Program-made: the position numbers and the translations under genes | In this document: positions 39,441 to 52,031 of the stretch, one piece after another | How the letters are laid out: every line of letters begins with the position of its first letter | How positions within the stretch are numbered: the stretch's first letter is position 1 | Notes under the pieces: generated by a model | Told to the model about the DNA's origin: nothing | Seen by the model: only the letters and a program-made list of their open reading frames with translations | Databases searched by the model: none | DNA from: Narcine bancroftii | Taxonomy: Eukaryota | DNA length: 64,000 nucleotides | Reading direction: 5' to 3' | Assembly (NCBI RefSeq): GCF_036971445.1 | Contig: NC_091469.1 | Coordinates: forward strand, 147,002,001-147,066,000

Positions 39441-40786
39441 AGGAAATTCAATTTATTAAACTAAAATAAATTTGAAGTCGTCAAGTCAGCTCCAGGCACC
39501 TTCATTTATCGTTTATACCATGCTCGCACGGTAAAGACAAGATTGCATTTCTCAGGACCACGGAGTGAAATAGAAGTTAAACACATTAAAAGATTAAAAC
39601 ATAAAACACTATCCACAGAAATTATAGGAATCCTCATATTTATCTTGGTGCCATACAACCATTTCTGTCCTGAAATAAATGGAGTAATTTCCGTTACAAC
39701 AGAGCTCATCTTGGGACAATTTCTTTCAGCAGGTTCCCATTGTGGTATGAATTACCATTTGATCTTCCTTTGGTAGCAGAGATAGCTGACCATACAGGAA
39801 TACATAGGATTTTGATGTTCATGCATGCCATTGCCGAGTCCCAACATTGAGACAGAAAACATTTATCCCTTGTGAACCCATCAGCTCCTAATTTAATTAC
39901 ATGAAGAGCAATGGTACAACACATCCAAAGGTAAGAAACATGACAGTCTGCAGATGCTGTGATTCCAGTCAAAACACAGAAATGCTGGAGGAGTCTCACA
40001 GCATCCCTAGGAAGTAAAGATATATTACTGACGTTTCAGGCCTGAGCCCTTCCTCAAGGTATGAATGTAAAAAGACAGGTACCTCAATGGATTTCTCTGG
40101 TTTCTATTTGAACACCCACCCCCATCTTCTTCCCCCTGTCTCCTTTCCTCTAGCGCTTTCACTGTGCACCTGTGTGCATGTGGTCAGGACATACCCTGTT
40201 TCATCTGGTTAATCATGTACCATTAGATGATAATAATCATGAACTTGAAGGTGAACATTTACCGTGTACCATTGGCAGATTATAGCATCCCATGGTGTTC
40301 CAGAGAAGTGTCATCTGTACAAAGGTAGGGGTCTGAGGAGATCTGTTTCATTAGGTTGCATATGTATGGGCAGGTGAAATCATAAAGAAAGCTCGCCAGT
40401 AGCTATACTTGGTGTACGGTGGAGAGCACACTGGTTGGTTGCATCACTGTCTGGTACGGACACTGTCTGCTCAGGACAAGAAAAAACTCCAAATGCTTGT
40501 TAACCAGGTCAACAATGTCAGTCACAGGCATCAGTTTTCACTCCACCAACGACATCTACAAGAGGCTATGTCAGAAGAAAACAGCCTTGATCGTCCATCA
40601 AGGACGCCCAACACCCAAGCCATGTCTTCTTCATGCTGGTACCAGCGGGAAAAAGGTACAGGAGCCTGAAGGCGAGGGTCCAGCGGCACAAAAACAGCTT
40701 CTTCCCCTCTGCCATGAGATTGCTGAATGAACAATAGACACAACCTCACTTTATCTTTTTCTTTTACCTGCAATATGTTTATTTTG

Positions 40787-40928
40787 NNNNNNNNNNNNNN
40801 NNNNNNNNNNNNNNNNNNNNNNNNNNNNNNNNNNNNNNNNNNNNNNNNNNNNNNNNNNNNNNNNNNNNNNNNNNNNNNNNNNNNNNNNNNNNNNNNNNNN
40901 NNNNNNNNNNNNNNNNNNNNNNNNNNNN
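40787..40928. other. Assembly gap (142 N)
   Basis: Run of n, inside a Rex1-type 3' region. Confidence 0.99.
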
Positions 40929-42154
40929 TCTGAGATTTATGGAGGCTGGGAAGGCTCATTTTATACAGTTGGAGATCCCACCGTTTGTTTGATTGGCCGA
41001 CATCAGCTGCATGAATAACAATAGCAGGTGGGAACATTCTTGCATGTGAATCCCCCTTTTTCCCCAGCCTGTTCTTGATCTGTTAGCTGGGTAGCTTGGC
41101 CAGCACCATTTTAGGGCTGCTTATCTTGCATTGCCCGAGTTTCCAATCACACTGGTTCGCTGTGTTAAGGGACGTGCTATGTTGCAGTTTACTACTGTGC
41201 GATGTGCCGGCTCGATCTCCACGGTGGCAGGCTGCCACAATTTATTTATTTTTGTAATGTGGTTTATAGAAATGTTTGCACCGTGATGCCTGCTGCAAAA
41301 CAACAAATTTCGTGGCAATAAATTCTGATTCTCATTAAGTTTCCTCATTGTCTCTTCTGCTTCAAAGAAAACAACTTCAACTCTTCCAATCTTTTCTCAT
41401 AGCTTAAACTCTCCAACTCCGGCAATACTCTCATAAATCTTTTCTGCTGCCTCTCCAGTGCAATTGCGCCTTCCACATAACCTGGTGATTGGTAGTACTC
41501 AAGCTGTGTCTTCACATATATTCTGCACAGTCTTGGCACAACCTCCTTGATATTTTTTTTTGCATTTGACAGTATAATTTGCTGGAAATGATTTTAACGT
41601 TCTTACAAGCAGTAACAGCCAAGTTGCCATTATTTACTTCTAATTTATAAAATCTGGGAGAGGATTAATATTCCTTCATGAAAACCTCTTCCATTCATTT
41701 TCAGCACTAAATAAGGAAAAAAAATCTCCAATTCCAGCAAAAGTTACAATGAAAAATATACTTCTATTTTATTTCTCCCCATTAGAATCTGTTTATCAGT
41801 TGCAAGCAGGAGGATAAATTTACAAATACATCCTCTTTTATTTCAGAAAATGGAAAAAAAAAATGGCAGCGGGCGTGAATAATCTTCCGGTGTTTGTGAT
41901 ATCAAGGTTGGAGGTCAATGAGCATTAGTCATCAAGTTGTAGGGCCATGCAGCTCAGAAACAGGCCTTTTGGCCATCAGGCCAATCCTATTTGCCCACAC
42001 TAGACCCATATACCATCATGCCTGGCCTATCCAAGAACCTGTTCAAAGGCCTTAAATTTTAAATGGTAGATGGTAACAGACCCTTCTGGTCCTTGAGGCC
42101 GTATCACCCACTTACACCCAATTAATGAATAACCCCCGTACATTTTGAAGAGTG

Positions 42155-42421
42155 TGTAGCAGCTATAATTTATCCGATATAATCAAAAGAATACACTCAT
42201 TTCTTCATCAGTACAAAATGATTCGACCATCTTTATTCTTTATTCTTCTCAGCCACAATAAAATACCACCAGTCATCCTCCCCCCCGACCTTCTCATTGG
42301 CTCTCCGCCGTATGAGTCATCTTGACCCTTTCAATCTCCTCTTCCTGCGACTGAGATCTATCACTTCTGAATGAACCCGCGCATACGTGCAACTACTCCT
42401 GTGTGTTGCCCAGATACAACA
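42155..42421 (-). mobile_element. Solo LTR-like sequence without a TSD
   Basis: Minus strand reads TGTTGTATC...CCAAT...AATAAAGAATAAA...GCTACA. Confidence 0.6.
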
Positions 42422-43870
42422 TCAGGGTTGACTATCATTTCAGGAGGATTTGCAGGAGGAACCCTCCCCAAACTGATGAGGGATTGTTGCTAATCCCAAT
42501 TTCCTTGGACATGCACAAGAGTCACTGTTGGGAGAAATTGTCCAGCTCCTCAGGTTTTGGTGTCCTGTTTTGGAGGAGGCTCGGAAGCAGTGATTCCCAA
42601 CAAACTTCACCCCATAACGTGGGAACAGCATTAAAAAACTCGAACCTAGTGACCATCGGTTGGGTGGATGTTTAGTGGGCTGGTCTTTCCTTACATACAA
42701 TCTGGCCAACACCAAAGTCCTGCTTCTCAGAGCAATTCCACAAGACATAGGAACAGAAATAGGCCATTCAGCCCATCGGGTCTGCCGCACCATTCAATCA
42801 TGAGCTGATCCACTTTCCCAATCAGCTCCACTGCTTGGCTTTCTCCCCATAACCTCTGATGCCCTGGCTAATCAAGAACCTATCAATCTCTGCTTTAAAT
42901 ACACCTAATGACCTGTTGCCAGTGGTAACAAATTCCACAGATTTACTACCTTCTGGCTGAAGAAAATCCTCCACATCTCTGTTCTAAGATCACACTCTTT
43001 AATCCTTATGTGATTCTCCAGACAGTGAGCAAGGGCAAGGAATGTTTGTAAAGATGATATAATCAGTACTGGTCCATACAATCATTGGGACTCAGTGAGT
43101 GTATCCAAGAACAACAGCTGATGGTACAGCAAAGGTGAGTGCTCTCTGGATAGTGTACAGTACTCATTGGATATGCGGCTATTGATTCCCAGCCCTAGTT
43201 CTCAGCTGCTGCTATCTGGGATACATCCACCACCTCAACAACCTGTCGAAGCATCCAGTCTACAGTGAGCAGTGTGGCAAGAGGGTGATTACTGAAGTGG
43301 AGAGGTTCAGGATGGTGGCTTCTTCCCAATATGGCACTGCCTGATTGTCCGGAGATGTGATATATATATAGTGATGGAGGGGCTGGCCAATGAGATTCCT
43401 GTGGCATTTTGATCCACTGAGGATGCGTTGTCTTGAGTGGCAGCACACTGTTGGCTGTTCGGATGGTGGCTTTGCAAAATGGTATGGACATGAACTACCT
43501 GCTCACATCCTAGGGTGGTAGCTGTGCTGTTGTTGGTAATGGGGTCTGTACTCGTATACCAGATGAATCAGGGAATATCACTCACTTGGCCAACTTCAAA
43601 TGAGGGCCAGTGAATGAAAAATAAATGAACTAGGGACCAGTTCCTTGACCATGCCACACCACGGTGCCTTTTGGAATGGGAGGATGTTGTTGGACCACTT
43701 TAATACATTGGGCAACAACCATTGGGCTCATAATGCTGGGTATAATTCTTTTCTGTTGTGTGTTTCATACAATCCTATGGAAGAATGCCACGGTGTTGTA
43801 ACCCTCGAGGTGTGAAATATAACATGGTGGGCCACCTTACTTGTTGGATAGTAAAAGAAGGTCATTGACT
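42422..43870 (+). pseudogene. env: Endogenous retrovirus env remnant (gamma-type SU/TM), interrupted by a CR1 3' end at about 42742-43008
   Basis: Ordered motifs THWICGY* (43162), SCCYLGYI (43204), GKR|VITEVERFRMV (43276), AVRMVALQNGMDMNYLLTS*GGSCAVVGNGVCTRIPDESGNITHLA (43454-43591), hydrophobic anchor WATTIGLIMLGIILFCCVF (about 43709-43765). Confidence 0.85.
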
Positions 43871-44460
43871 ATAAGGCGCACCCACAGCCGAGACCACCTT
43901 ATAGTTTGTCACCTGAAGTCACCTGACAATCAGCTCATTCTCCAGCACTATTCATGAGTGAAAAAACATATAAGTTTAAATTTCTTTTCACATTATACCC
44001 AGTTAGGTGATGAGAATGTTTCTTATATGAGCAGTCTAATAGGTCAACTCTAACATTCATAGAGCCACTTACAGGAGAAGAGCATAATTTGCAAAGTACA
44101 GAGATACAAAAAAAGATCAATTTGTACCAAGCAAGGGCAGCATAACAGTACTGTAGTGGGGATCATTCAGGACCCTGATGTCTGTATGGAAGGATGTTAT
44201 TTCAGAGGGGAAACGAATGTCGGACAGATCAACTGTGAATTATACGCATTCACCTCTCTTGATGGCATTGACAGAAATTGTCACCCAGAGAACCATGCCT
44301 CCGTCCCATCACAGGTGCTTCCTTGGTGTTCTCCAACACCTTTGCAACTTAAAGCACAATTTTCTCCTGTTTTTGGATATTCCCAGTTTCCTGCAGAGTT
44401 AACCACTTCACAGCTTCTGCCTGCCCTCCTAAGCACCCCCGCTGTTGCGGTGCTATAGAT

Positions 44461-44575
44461 AGCCTACAACTCCCAGAAGTCCAGCGAACCTGCACAGGAC
44501 ATCCTAGCATTATGACATCATGACGTGGCATGCGTTGTTCAGTGTCTTAAAAGATCACGCGCGTGACTCAAGCAA
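44461..44575. promoter_or_regulatory. Candidate promoter or enhancer motif cluster
   Basis: CTACAACTCCCAGAAG (ZNF143/THAP11-like), TGACATCA then TGACGTGGCA (CRE and UPRE-like), TCACGCGCGTGA palindrome, TGACTCA (AP-1) in apparently non-repeat DNA. Confidence 0.45.
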
Positions 44576-45099
44576 AGGAGTTCTGGTTTACCTGCAACTG
44601 TGCGTGGCGTTATTTTACGTTCATCAGCCACCACTGTGTTTTCAGTGGCTCCATGCCCGCATTTTCTGTTTGTATTTAACATGTTCAGCATCTGAAGGGC
44701 TTCACTATTCAAACTTTGAGTGATTATGCCACCTGCCAAAATGTGGCTCTCTCCTCAGTCCCTACTCTCTTTCAGAGCTAAATTATTCACTGATGCTTCT
44801 CCGCTGCCGCTTGGCTTGCTGTTACATACTTTTATTTATCTGAAGACACTGGGGATAGATATTCCTGGAGAAAAACATCGCAGATTGATATCCTCCAGGG
44901 ACAAAACTACAGCTGCTGGCATGAAGAAAACAAAAAAAGATACAATTTATGTTCAAAGCCCACAATAGCGCAATAAATTATTATAGCTCTTTCAGGATCT
45001 GGGTAATCTTCTTCTCAAGATATGCATCAATGATGAAGTTGCATACTTGGGAGTTAATGAAGATTTGATACTTTAATTTTGAATTACGTGTATTCCATA

Positions 45100-45805
45100 T
45101 TCCCATTCTGACTGCTGTCAGCTCCATGCAGGCTTTGAGCGCCTATTAATCGTGCCAACGGTGGTTTAATATGAAAATCCTGAGACCGCAAGGTCTGGCC
45201 CAAGATGGCGGTACCGATAATTGGCCGCAGCATAAGGGGTTACAAACTCTGGGAAAGCGGAGGATTATTGCAAGGCACTAGAAAATGGGGAGACTACCCC
45301 CTCCCCACCGTATGTGAAGGAGAAGCAGAGGAGATGACCCACGAGACAGTGACCACAGCGGTGGACCAGTGAGGGGTTCTGCGGCTGAAGAACACACAGG
45401 CGGCACGGCTGTGGGTGATTCGAGGTGAGAAAACCATGCAGGCTGCGGGCAACTGGGGTTCACACCAGGCAGCGAACTGCAGGAGACTGGCTGAAGGGGT
45501 ACCAGGGCATTGGAAATGGAATACAAGAGGGTCCCGATCACGTTGGAGGTTCGGATCTGGAGCTCGGGCTGCTGATGGTTTGAACTGGACTCTGTGTGAC
45601 TGCGTGGGCTACGAGAGCACTGGATGGAAATCCACGGACACTCAGTGACTCTCAGGGGACTCTCTTTTGCTTTTTTTTCTCTGTCTGTAATAAGCGCTTC
45701 AGGCAATTTCTGCCGAGGTCGAATCTGTCTGGTACATGACAAACTAAAACAATTCCATGCATTGTTGCACTGTTTTTATTATATGACAATAGGGAGCCTT
45801 GATTC
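45100..45805 (+). mobile_element. Third copy of the non-coding Rex1-tailed retroposon
   Basis: Colinear with 11810-12712. Confidence 0.7.
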
Positions 45806-45949
45806 ATTAACTGAAGGATTTGGTTTACCTTTGTGTGTAATCTCTCCTCAAAATGTTCACCAGACTGTGGGCAGGAAGTTTCAATGGTTGATTGTCCAAG
45901 ACCAGAAGGAATGGGGGACCTCATATGTTTCTGCACCTCATCCCGCCTA

Positions 45950-47690
45950 GGATTTAAAGTTGGATGGAGAAGAGGCAGATGGAGTACAACCAGATTGGCG
46001 TGAAGTGAGATAATTTTGGAAGATCGGACTTGAAAAAGGAGTGCATAGCAGGATGCATAGCAGTGTGGAGGAATGGAGGGATCTTGAGATCTGAGCCCAT
46101 AGGTCCCTCAAGGTTGCCTTTCAAGATGATAGGATGGTTGAGAATATGTATGGTGTGTCAGACTAGATTAGTCAGGGGATTGTGTTCAAGTCCCACGAGG
46201 TAATGTTACAGCTCCATAAAACTCTGGCTAGACCAGACTACTCGCCGTTCTCCCTCTTTTCCTCACCCTTCTGTCATTTCCTCCAGTTCTCCATCCCCTT
46301 CCCTCTCCATTCACAGAGCCATCCTCCCTCCCATTGTTGGCTGGTGTGCCCTCCCTCCCTCATCTACCTATTACTTTTTTCCTATCAGACTGTGCTCCCA
46401 CCCCCCCCACCCCACCATTTTAATCAGGTGCCTATCAACATTTTGCTCATACTTTGATGAAGGTCTCAAGTCCAAAACGTCATTTATGTATCTTTATCTT
46501 TGCTATGTAAAGTTCGCTGTGTGACCTCCTGAGTTTCTCCTGCATTGTATTTTACTTCAATTAGGCATCTGCAGACTTGCATGTTTTATTTAGAACAGGA
46601 GTCCCCAAACTTTTTGGACCTTCATGGAATCCTTGATCCATCATTGACCCCCCAGTTATGGAATTGCAGCAGTGGATGTTGGGGAGGGGAGGTGGAAGGA
46701 GGTGTGGCAGCACTGGAAGGGAGGCGATGGTGGAGACGCTGGACAGTGGAGTGTGGAGGCGGTGCTGGATGTGGGGGTGGTGGTAGAGGTGCTGGATGGG
46801 GGTGTTTTGGCAGCACTGGATGGGGGCAATGGTGATGGCACTGGACAAGGGTTGTAGTGGGGGCACTGGATGGGGCAAGTGTAGTGGCGGCATTGGGCGG
46901 GGGCGGTGTAGTGACAGAGCTGGATGGGTGGGCAGTACCAAAGGTAACAAAGAACACATATATCTTTCTTCTAAATTCAGTCCATCCTCCCCTTCGCTTT
47001 CAATTCATTCAAAGGCCGAAGCAAAATACAATATGGCAGCCACCAAGGCCCACTCTCGCGAGAGGTTGACCACCTCTTGCCGTAGGTTATATTTTCCCTT
47101 GATTCACCCCTGCTTTCCACTACAAAAGTTCAGTCAAACAGCCCCTCCCTCCCCACTCCCCGGCATTTATCGACCCACTTTCAACTTCATGGCATTTATC
47201 AACTCCTTGGGTAGTCCATCAACCCCCCCCCCCCCCCCAGGGAATGATATCAACCACTTTGGAGACCCCTGACCTGGAGTATTGTGTTCAGTTCTAGTAA
47301 CCTCACTACAGGAAGGATGTAGAACCTTGAGAGGGGATGCAGAGGAGATTTACCAGGATGCTTCCTGGATTGGAGAACATGCCTTATGGGGAACGTCTGA
47401 GCAAGCTAGGACTTATTTCTTTGGAGTAATGGAGGATGAGAGGCAACTCATGGCAAACAGAGAGTGGATAGCTCGCACTATTTTCTCAGGGTGAAGGTGG
47501 TAACAGGCGACATCTGCTTAAGGCGAGTGAACTTCAGAGGATATGTCAAGAGGAAGGCATTTTTTTAGACATAGAGTGGTGGGTGTCTGGAATACAATTT
47601 TAGGGCTGGTGATGGAGGCTGGTGCAATCAGTACATCCAAGAAATATCTGAGAAAGGGACATGGATGTAAGGAAAATGAAGGGCTCTGTT
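45950..47690 (+). mobile_element. CR1 3' region split by a Penelope tail (46220-46590) and a hAT MITE (46596-47271)
   Basis: FKSHEVMLQLHKTLARP, resuming at CTGGAGTATTGTGTTCAG (about 47275); hAT ends CAGGAGTCCCCAAAC ... TTTGGAGACCCCTG. Confidence 0.75.
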
Positions 47691-50649
47691 GATATCAATG
47701 TGGAGTCAGACAGCAGCAGCAGAGACCCACACCACACAGCACACGCTCTGTTCTCGCTGCATCCATCAGGGAAGAGGTATAGGGGCCACAAGCCTCTCAC
47801 CACCCCTCCACCATCAGACTCCTCAATGACAAACTCAATTGGGGACTCATTTAAGGAGACTTACTTTTGCACTTTATTGATTTTTAAATTCTTTCTACAT
47901 TGCACAGTCAGTTTGTTTACCTTCTTTATGCAGTTCTTTATTTGTTTACACGTGTATATTGTGTGCAGTTTTTTTTAGACTGTATTAAGTGACAATTCTG
48001 CCTCGTCTTCAGGATCGAGAATCTCAGGGTTGTATTTGATGTCATGAGTGCACTGTGATAATAAATCAGAAATATCTTTGAGATAGATTGGCATAACATT
48101 GTGTGTTGAAGGGCCTGTACTGCGCTGAAATGTTCTACGTTCTCTATTCTGTGTCCTACAATCCAGCAACGTCCAATCAAAAGGCAAAAATGACCAGGGT
48201 GAGGCCCATAACCCTCTCAACGAATCATGCACTGTCTGTAAGGAGTTTGCATGTTCTCCCTGTATCTGCGTGAGTTTTCTCTTGGGGATCCAGTTTCCGC
48301 CCACCATTCAAAATATACCAGGGGTGTAGGTTAATGGGGTGTAAACTGGGCGGCACGGACTCGTGGGCCGAAATGGCCTGTTACCGTGCTGTATGTCTAA
48401 GTTTTTAAAAAAAACCTCTTTCAAACCTCATCCCAACATCTTTTAAACATTACAATTCCTACTTCCACTGGCTGCTCGAACCATATACCGATCACCCTCC
48501 ATGTGGAAAAAGTGGTCATCCTCCCTTTTAAAGCTTCCCCTCTCACCTGAAATCTATGGACTCTAGTTTCAGTCTACCCTATCCTGGATTAAAAACTGAC
48601 CATTCACCTAAACATTGTGAGACACATAGATAGGGTGGACAGCTAGCACCCTTTTTTTTCCAGGACAACAGTAGCTAATACCAGAGGGCATCTGTATAAG
48701 GTGAAGGGAGGACAGTTTAGGGGAGACATCAGGGGTAAGTTTTTACACAGAGTGTAGTGCGTGCCTGGAATGCACTAGCAGGGGTTCTGGTGGAGGCTGG
48801 TACAATACAGACTTATAAAAGAATCTTGGACAAGCAAATAGATAAAAGAAAAGTAGAAGGTTATGGGTGTGAGGTTAGGAAGGTTTAAATTGTTGATTAG
48901 GTTTATTTAGGATGGTACAATATTGTGGACCAAAAGGCCTATACTGTAATTTGCTTATTTTGCATCTTGTGATGTTAGATATCTCTGCAAGGTCACCCAT
49001 CGGCCTCTACCCTTCAGCGAAAAGTCCCATCTTACCCAATCCTTCCTTTACACTCAAGTCATCCAGTCTTGGTGATGTCCTTGTGGACTTTTACTGCGTA
49101 CTTTCCAATCTCCACACCCCTTAAATTGGCTCATGCATCAAACTCAGCTCTGAATACAGGAAAGCCCCAGGCATCCAAAATCCAAGCAACTGGCAGCCTC
49201 AAAGCAACTGGCAAAAAAAAAAATAATCAAGGAAAATAAATAATCAAGGAAATAATCGGTAAAAAAATAGGTCAGTTTAAAACTGGCATGCCTCGCTGTC
49301 AATTTGCCCATCGACCAATCATGTGCCAGTCAACACCCGTAACCAGTTCCAGTCTTGTGACTGATGTAAACAGACAGATTCCGTTTTGCAGATTATTTTG
49401 GAAACATTGCCCCCCCTAAACCTTACCATGTTGAAAGAAAACTGATTTTTTTTTCAAGTTAATTTACATTTTACACTGCTTTAGAGAGATGGAGCTTACT
49501 TGAACAACCAGGCTATTGGATAGAGCAGGAGGCTGGAGGAAATGGTGAAATTGACCAATGACCAAAAGAAATTGGCACATGGACATGGATAGGAATGATT
49601 AATGCAGACGACTAGGAAAACTAGCTTAGCCAGCATAGACACAATGGGCCGAAGGACCTGTCTCCATGTTCTATAACTCATCGACTCTATGAGCTGCAGA
49701 CTCATGCTGTCAGTGAAGCTATGATTTTACGTGCCCCGATTTAATGCAAATTCAGATTTAACGCGATGAGTCATTGGACTCGGGCATCGGGCTCCCAGCA
49801 GGAATGGGAACGTCAGGCTGCTGGCAGGGCGGGGATGTCGGGCTGCCGGATCAATTTAAAATGCATACAGAGTAACTGGGATGTTCCAAATAAAGGAGAA
49901 ATGGAAATGCCGTAGGTGTGCAAATTAAACCGGGAAATACAGTGATTTAGCGCATGACCCCGCTCTATTCGTGACGAGATTTTATGGACCTCAATGATCG
50001 TGTTACAACGGGGTTTCGCAGTATTCATGTTCAGTCTTGACCTTGAGTGATGTCCGTATGAAGTTTGCACCTTCTCGCGAGCTCAACATAAGTTTCCTCT
50101 GGGTGCCCCAATCTCCTCCAACATCCAAAAGGCACGTAGGTGAATTGGCCAGCTTAAATTTTGTCAGGGGGTAGAAATCTTTGGGGGACGTGGGGAGAAT
50201 TAGTAGGAGAATGAGAAAGTGACTTGTCTGTGAGCTGTCATTGATATTGGGTCAAATGGTCTCCTTCCATGGTCTTGGGGAAAGGAATCCATACTACTCT
50301 GGTGTAATGAAGGGAGGGAGACAATGACACAGCATGGATTAGTTCAGCCATTCTCAAACTTTTTTCCAGCTATGGATCCCTTGGTTTATGTTTATGGACT
50401 CCAATCCCTGTAAATAAGTCAAGTTTTGGTTTCTTCTGCACTTCTCGCCGACCGACAAGATTAAAAAACATGTTTGTCATCATTCAGGTGCCTTGCCGTT
50501 TGATGTGGGCAATCAGGTCTCTCCATCCATCATGACCCTTCCAATTGTAGATGTTGCCTCCCCTGGTCTGCTTCGGTGAAAGCTCCATCTTTGGAGCTGA
50601 GACCATAGTCAATGTTGAGTTCATGATTATAAAATTCTGAAGTGGTTGC

Positions 50650-52031
50650 TGTGATAGTCCAGATTTATCACCAATGCATGATGCTGAACCAAGCCATGAA
50701 AGACCCCAACAATGAAGACGCTGTTTACATCCGGTACCGCACGGATGGCAGTCTCTTCAATCTGAGGCGCCTGCAAGCTCACACCAAGACACAAGAGAAA
50801 CTTGTCCGTGAACTACTCTTTGCAGACGATGCCGCTTTAGTTGCCCATTCAGAGCCAGCTCTTCAGCGCTTGACGTCCTGCTTTGCGGAAACTGCCAAAA
50901 TGTTTGGCCTGGAAGTCAGCCTGAAGAAAACTGAGGTCCTCCATCAGCCAGCTCCCCACCATGACTACCAGCCCCCCCACATCTCCATCGGGCACACAAA
51001 ACTCAAAACGGTCAACCAGTTTACCTATCTCGGCTGCACCATTTCATCAGATGCAAGGATCGACAATGAGATAGACAACAGACTCGCCAAGGCAAATAGC
51101 GCCTTTGGAAGACTACACAAAAGAGTCTGGAAAAACAACCAACTGAAAAACCTCACAAAGATAAGCGTATACAGAGCCGTTGTCATACCCACACTCCTGT
51201 TCGGCTCCGAATCATGGGTCCTCTACCGGCACCACCTACGGTTCCTAGAACGCTTCCACCAGCGTTGTCTCCGCTCCATCCTCAACATCCATTGGAGCGC
51301 TTACATCCCTAACGTCGAAGTACTCGAGATGGCAGAGGTCGACAGCATCGAGTCCACGCTGCTGAAGATCCAGCTGCGCTGGATGGGTCACGTCTCCAGA
51401 ATGGAGGACCATCGCCTTCCCAAGATCGTGTTATATGGCGAGCTCTCCACTGGCCACCGTGACAGAGGTGCACCAAAGAAAAGGTACAAGGACTGCCTAA
51501 AGAAATCTCTTGGTGCCTGCCACATTGACCACCGCCAGTGGGCTGATAACGCCTCAAACCGTGCATCTTGGCGCCTCACAGTTTGGCGGGCAGCAACCTC
51601 CTTTGAAGAAGACCGCAGAGCCCACCTCACTGACAAAAGGCAAAGGAGGAAAAACCCAACACCCAACCCCAACCAACCAATTTTCCCCTGCAACCGCTGC
51701 AATCGTGTCTGCCTGTCCCGCATCGGACTTGTCAGCCACAAACGAGCCTGCAGCTGACGTGGACTTTTTACCCCCTCCATAAATCTTCGTCCGCGAAGCC
51801 AAGCCAAAGAAAAAAGAAGATATAGTGTATATAGTTACAGTATCTAGACTGTGCTTACAGCGATTGGTTGAGAGCTAAGCCATGCCTACTGTCTGGGCCT
51901 TAAAGGGTTATGTCCCTAGCCAGGTCGGATCATTCTGTACTGGTCGGCCACCTGTGAAGAGCTCCTGTCTTTTGCTAATAAAAGCCTTGGTTTGGATCAA
52001 CAAGTCTTTGATTCTTTCGACGAGCTCTACA
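50650..52031 (+). mobile_element. Solo LTR (family A) split by a young RTE
   Basis: TGTGATAGTCCAGATTTATCACCAAT before the RTE; remainder with AATAAAAGCCTTGGTTTGGATCAA...CTACA after it; flanks GTTGC/GTTTC. Confidence 0.85.
50676..51820 (+). mobile_element. Young 5'-truncated RTE LINE with open RT C-terminal half (stop at 51757)
   Basis: Nearly identical to 801-1935; LLFADD and zinc finger intact. Confidence 0.95.

Noticed and set aside
44830-44920. Possible minus-strand exon and a CCTGGAG/CTCCAGG hairpin
   Set aside because: Splice-like ends, but no recognisable protein or partner exon; stem too short for a pre-miRNA
46545-47272. Gly/Pro-rich ORFs, also at 10584-11072 and 62811-63242
   Set aside because: Low-complexity G-rich or C-rich sequence, mostly within transposon remnants
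50642-51757. Domesticated 371-aa RT gene with its own start codon
   Set aside because: Chance in-frame fusion of flank and LTR bases to a truncated RTE lacking the N-terminal RT motifs
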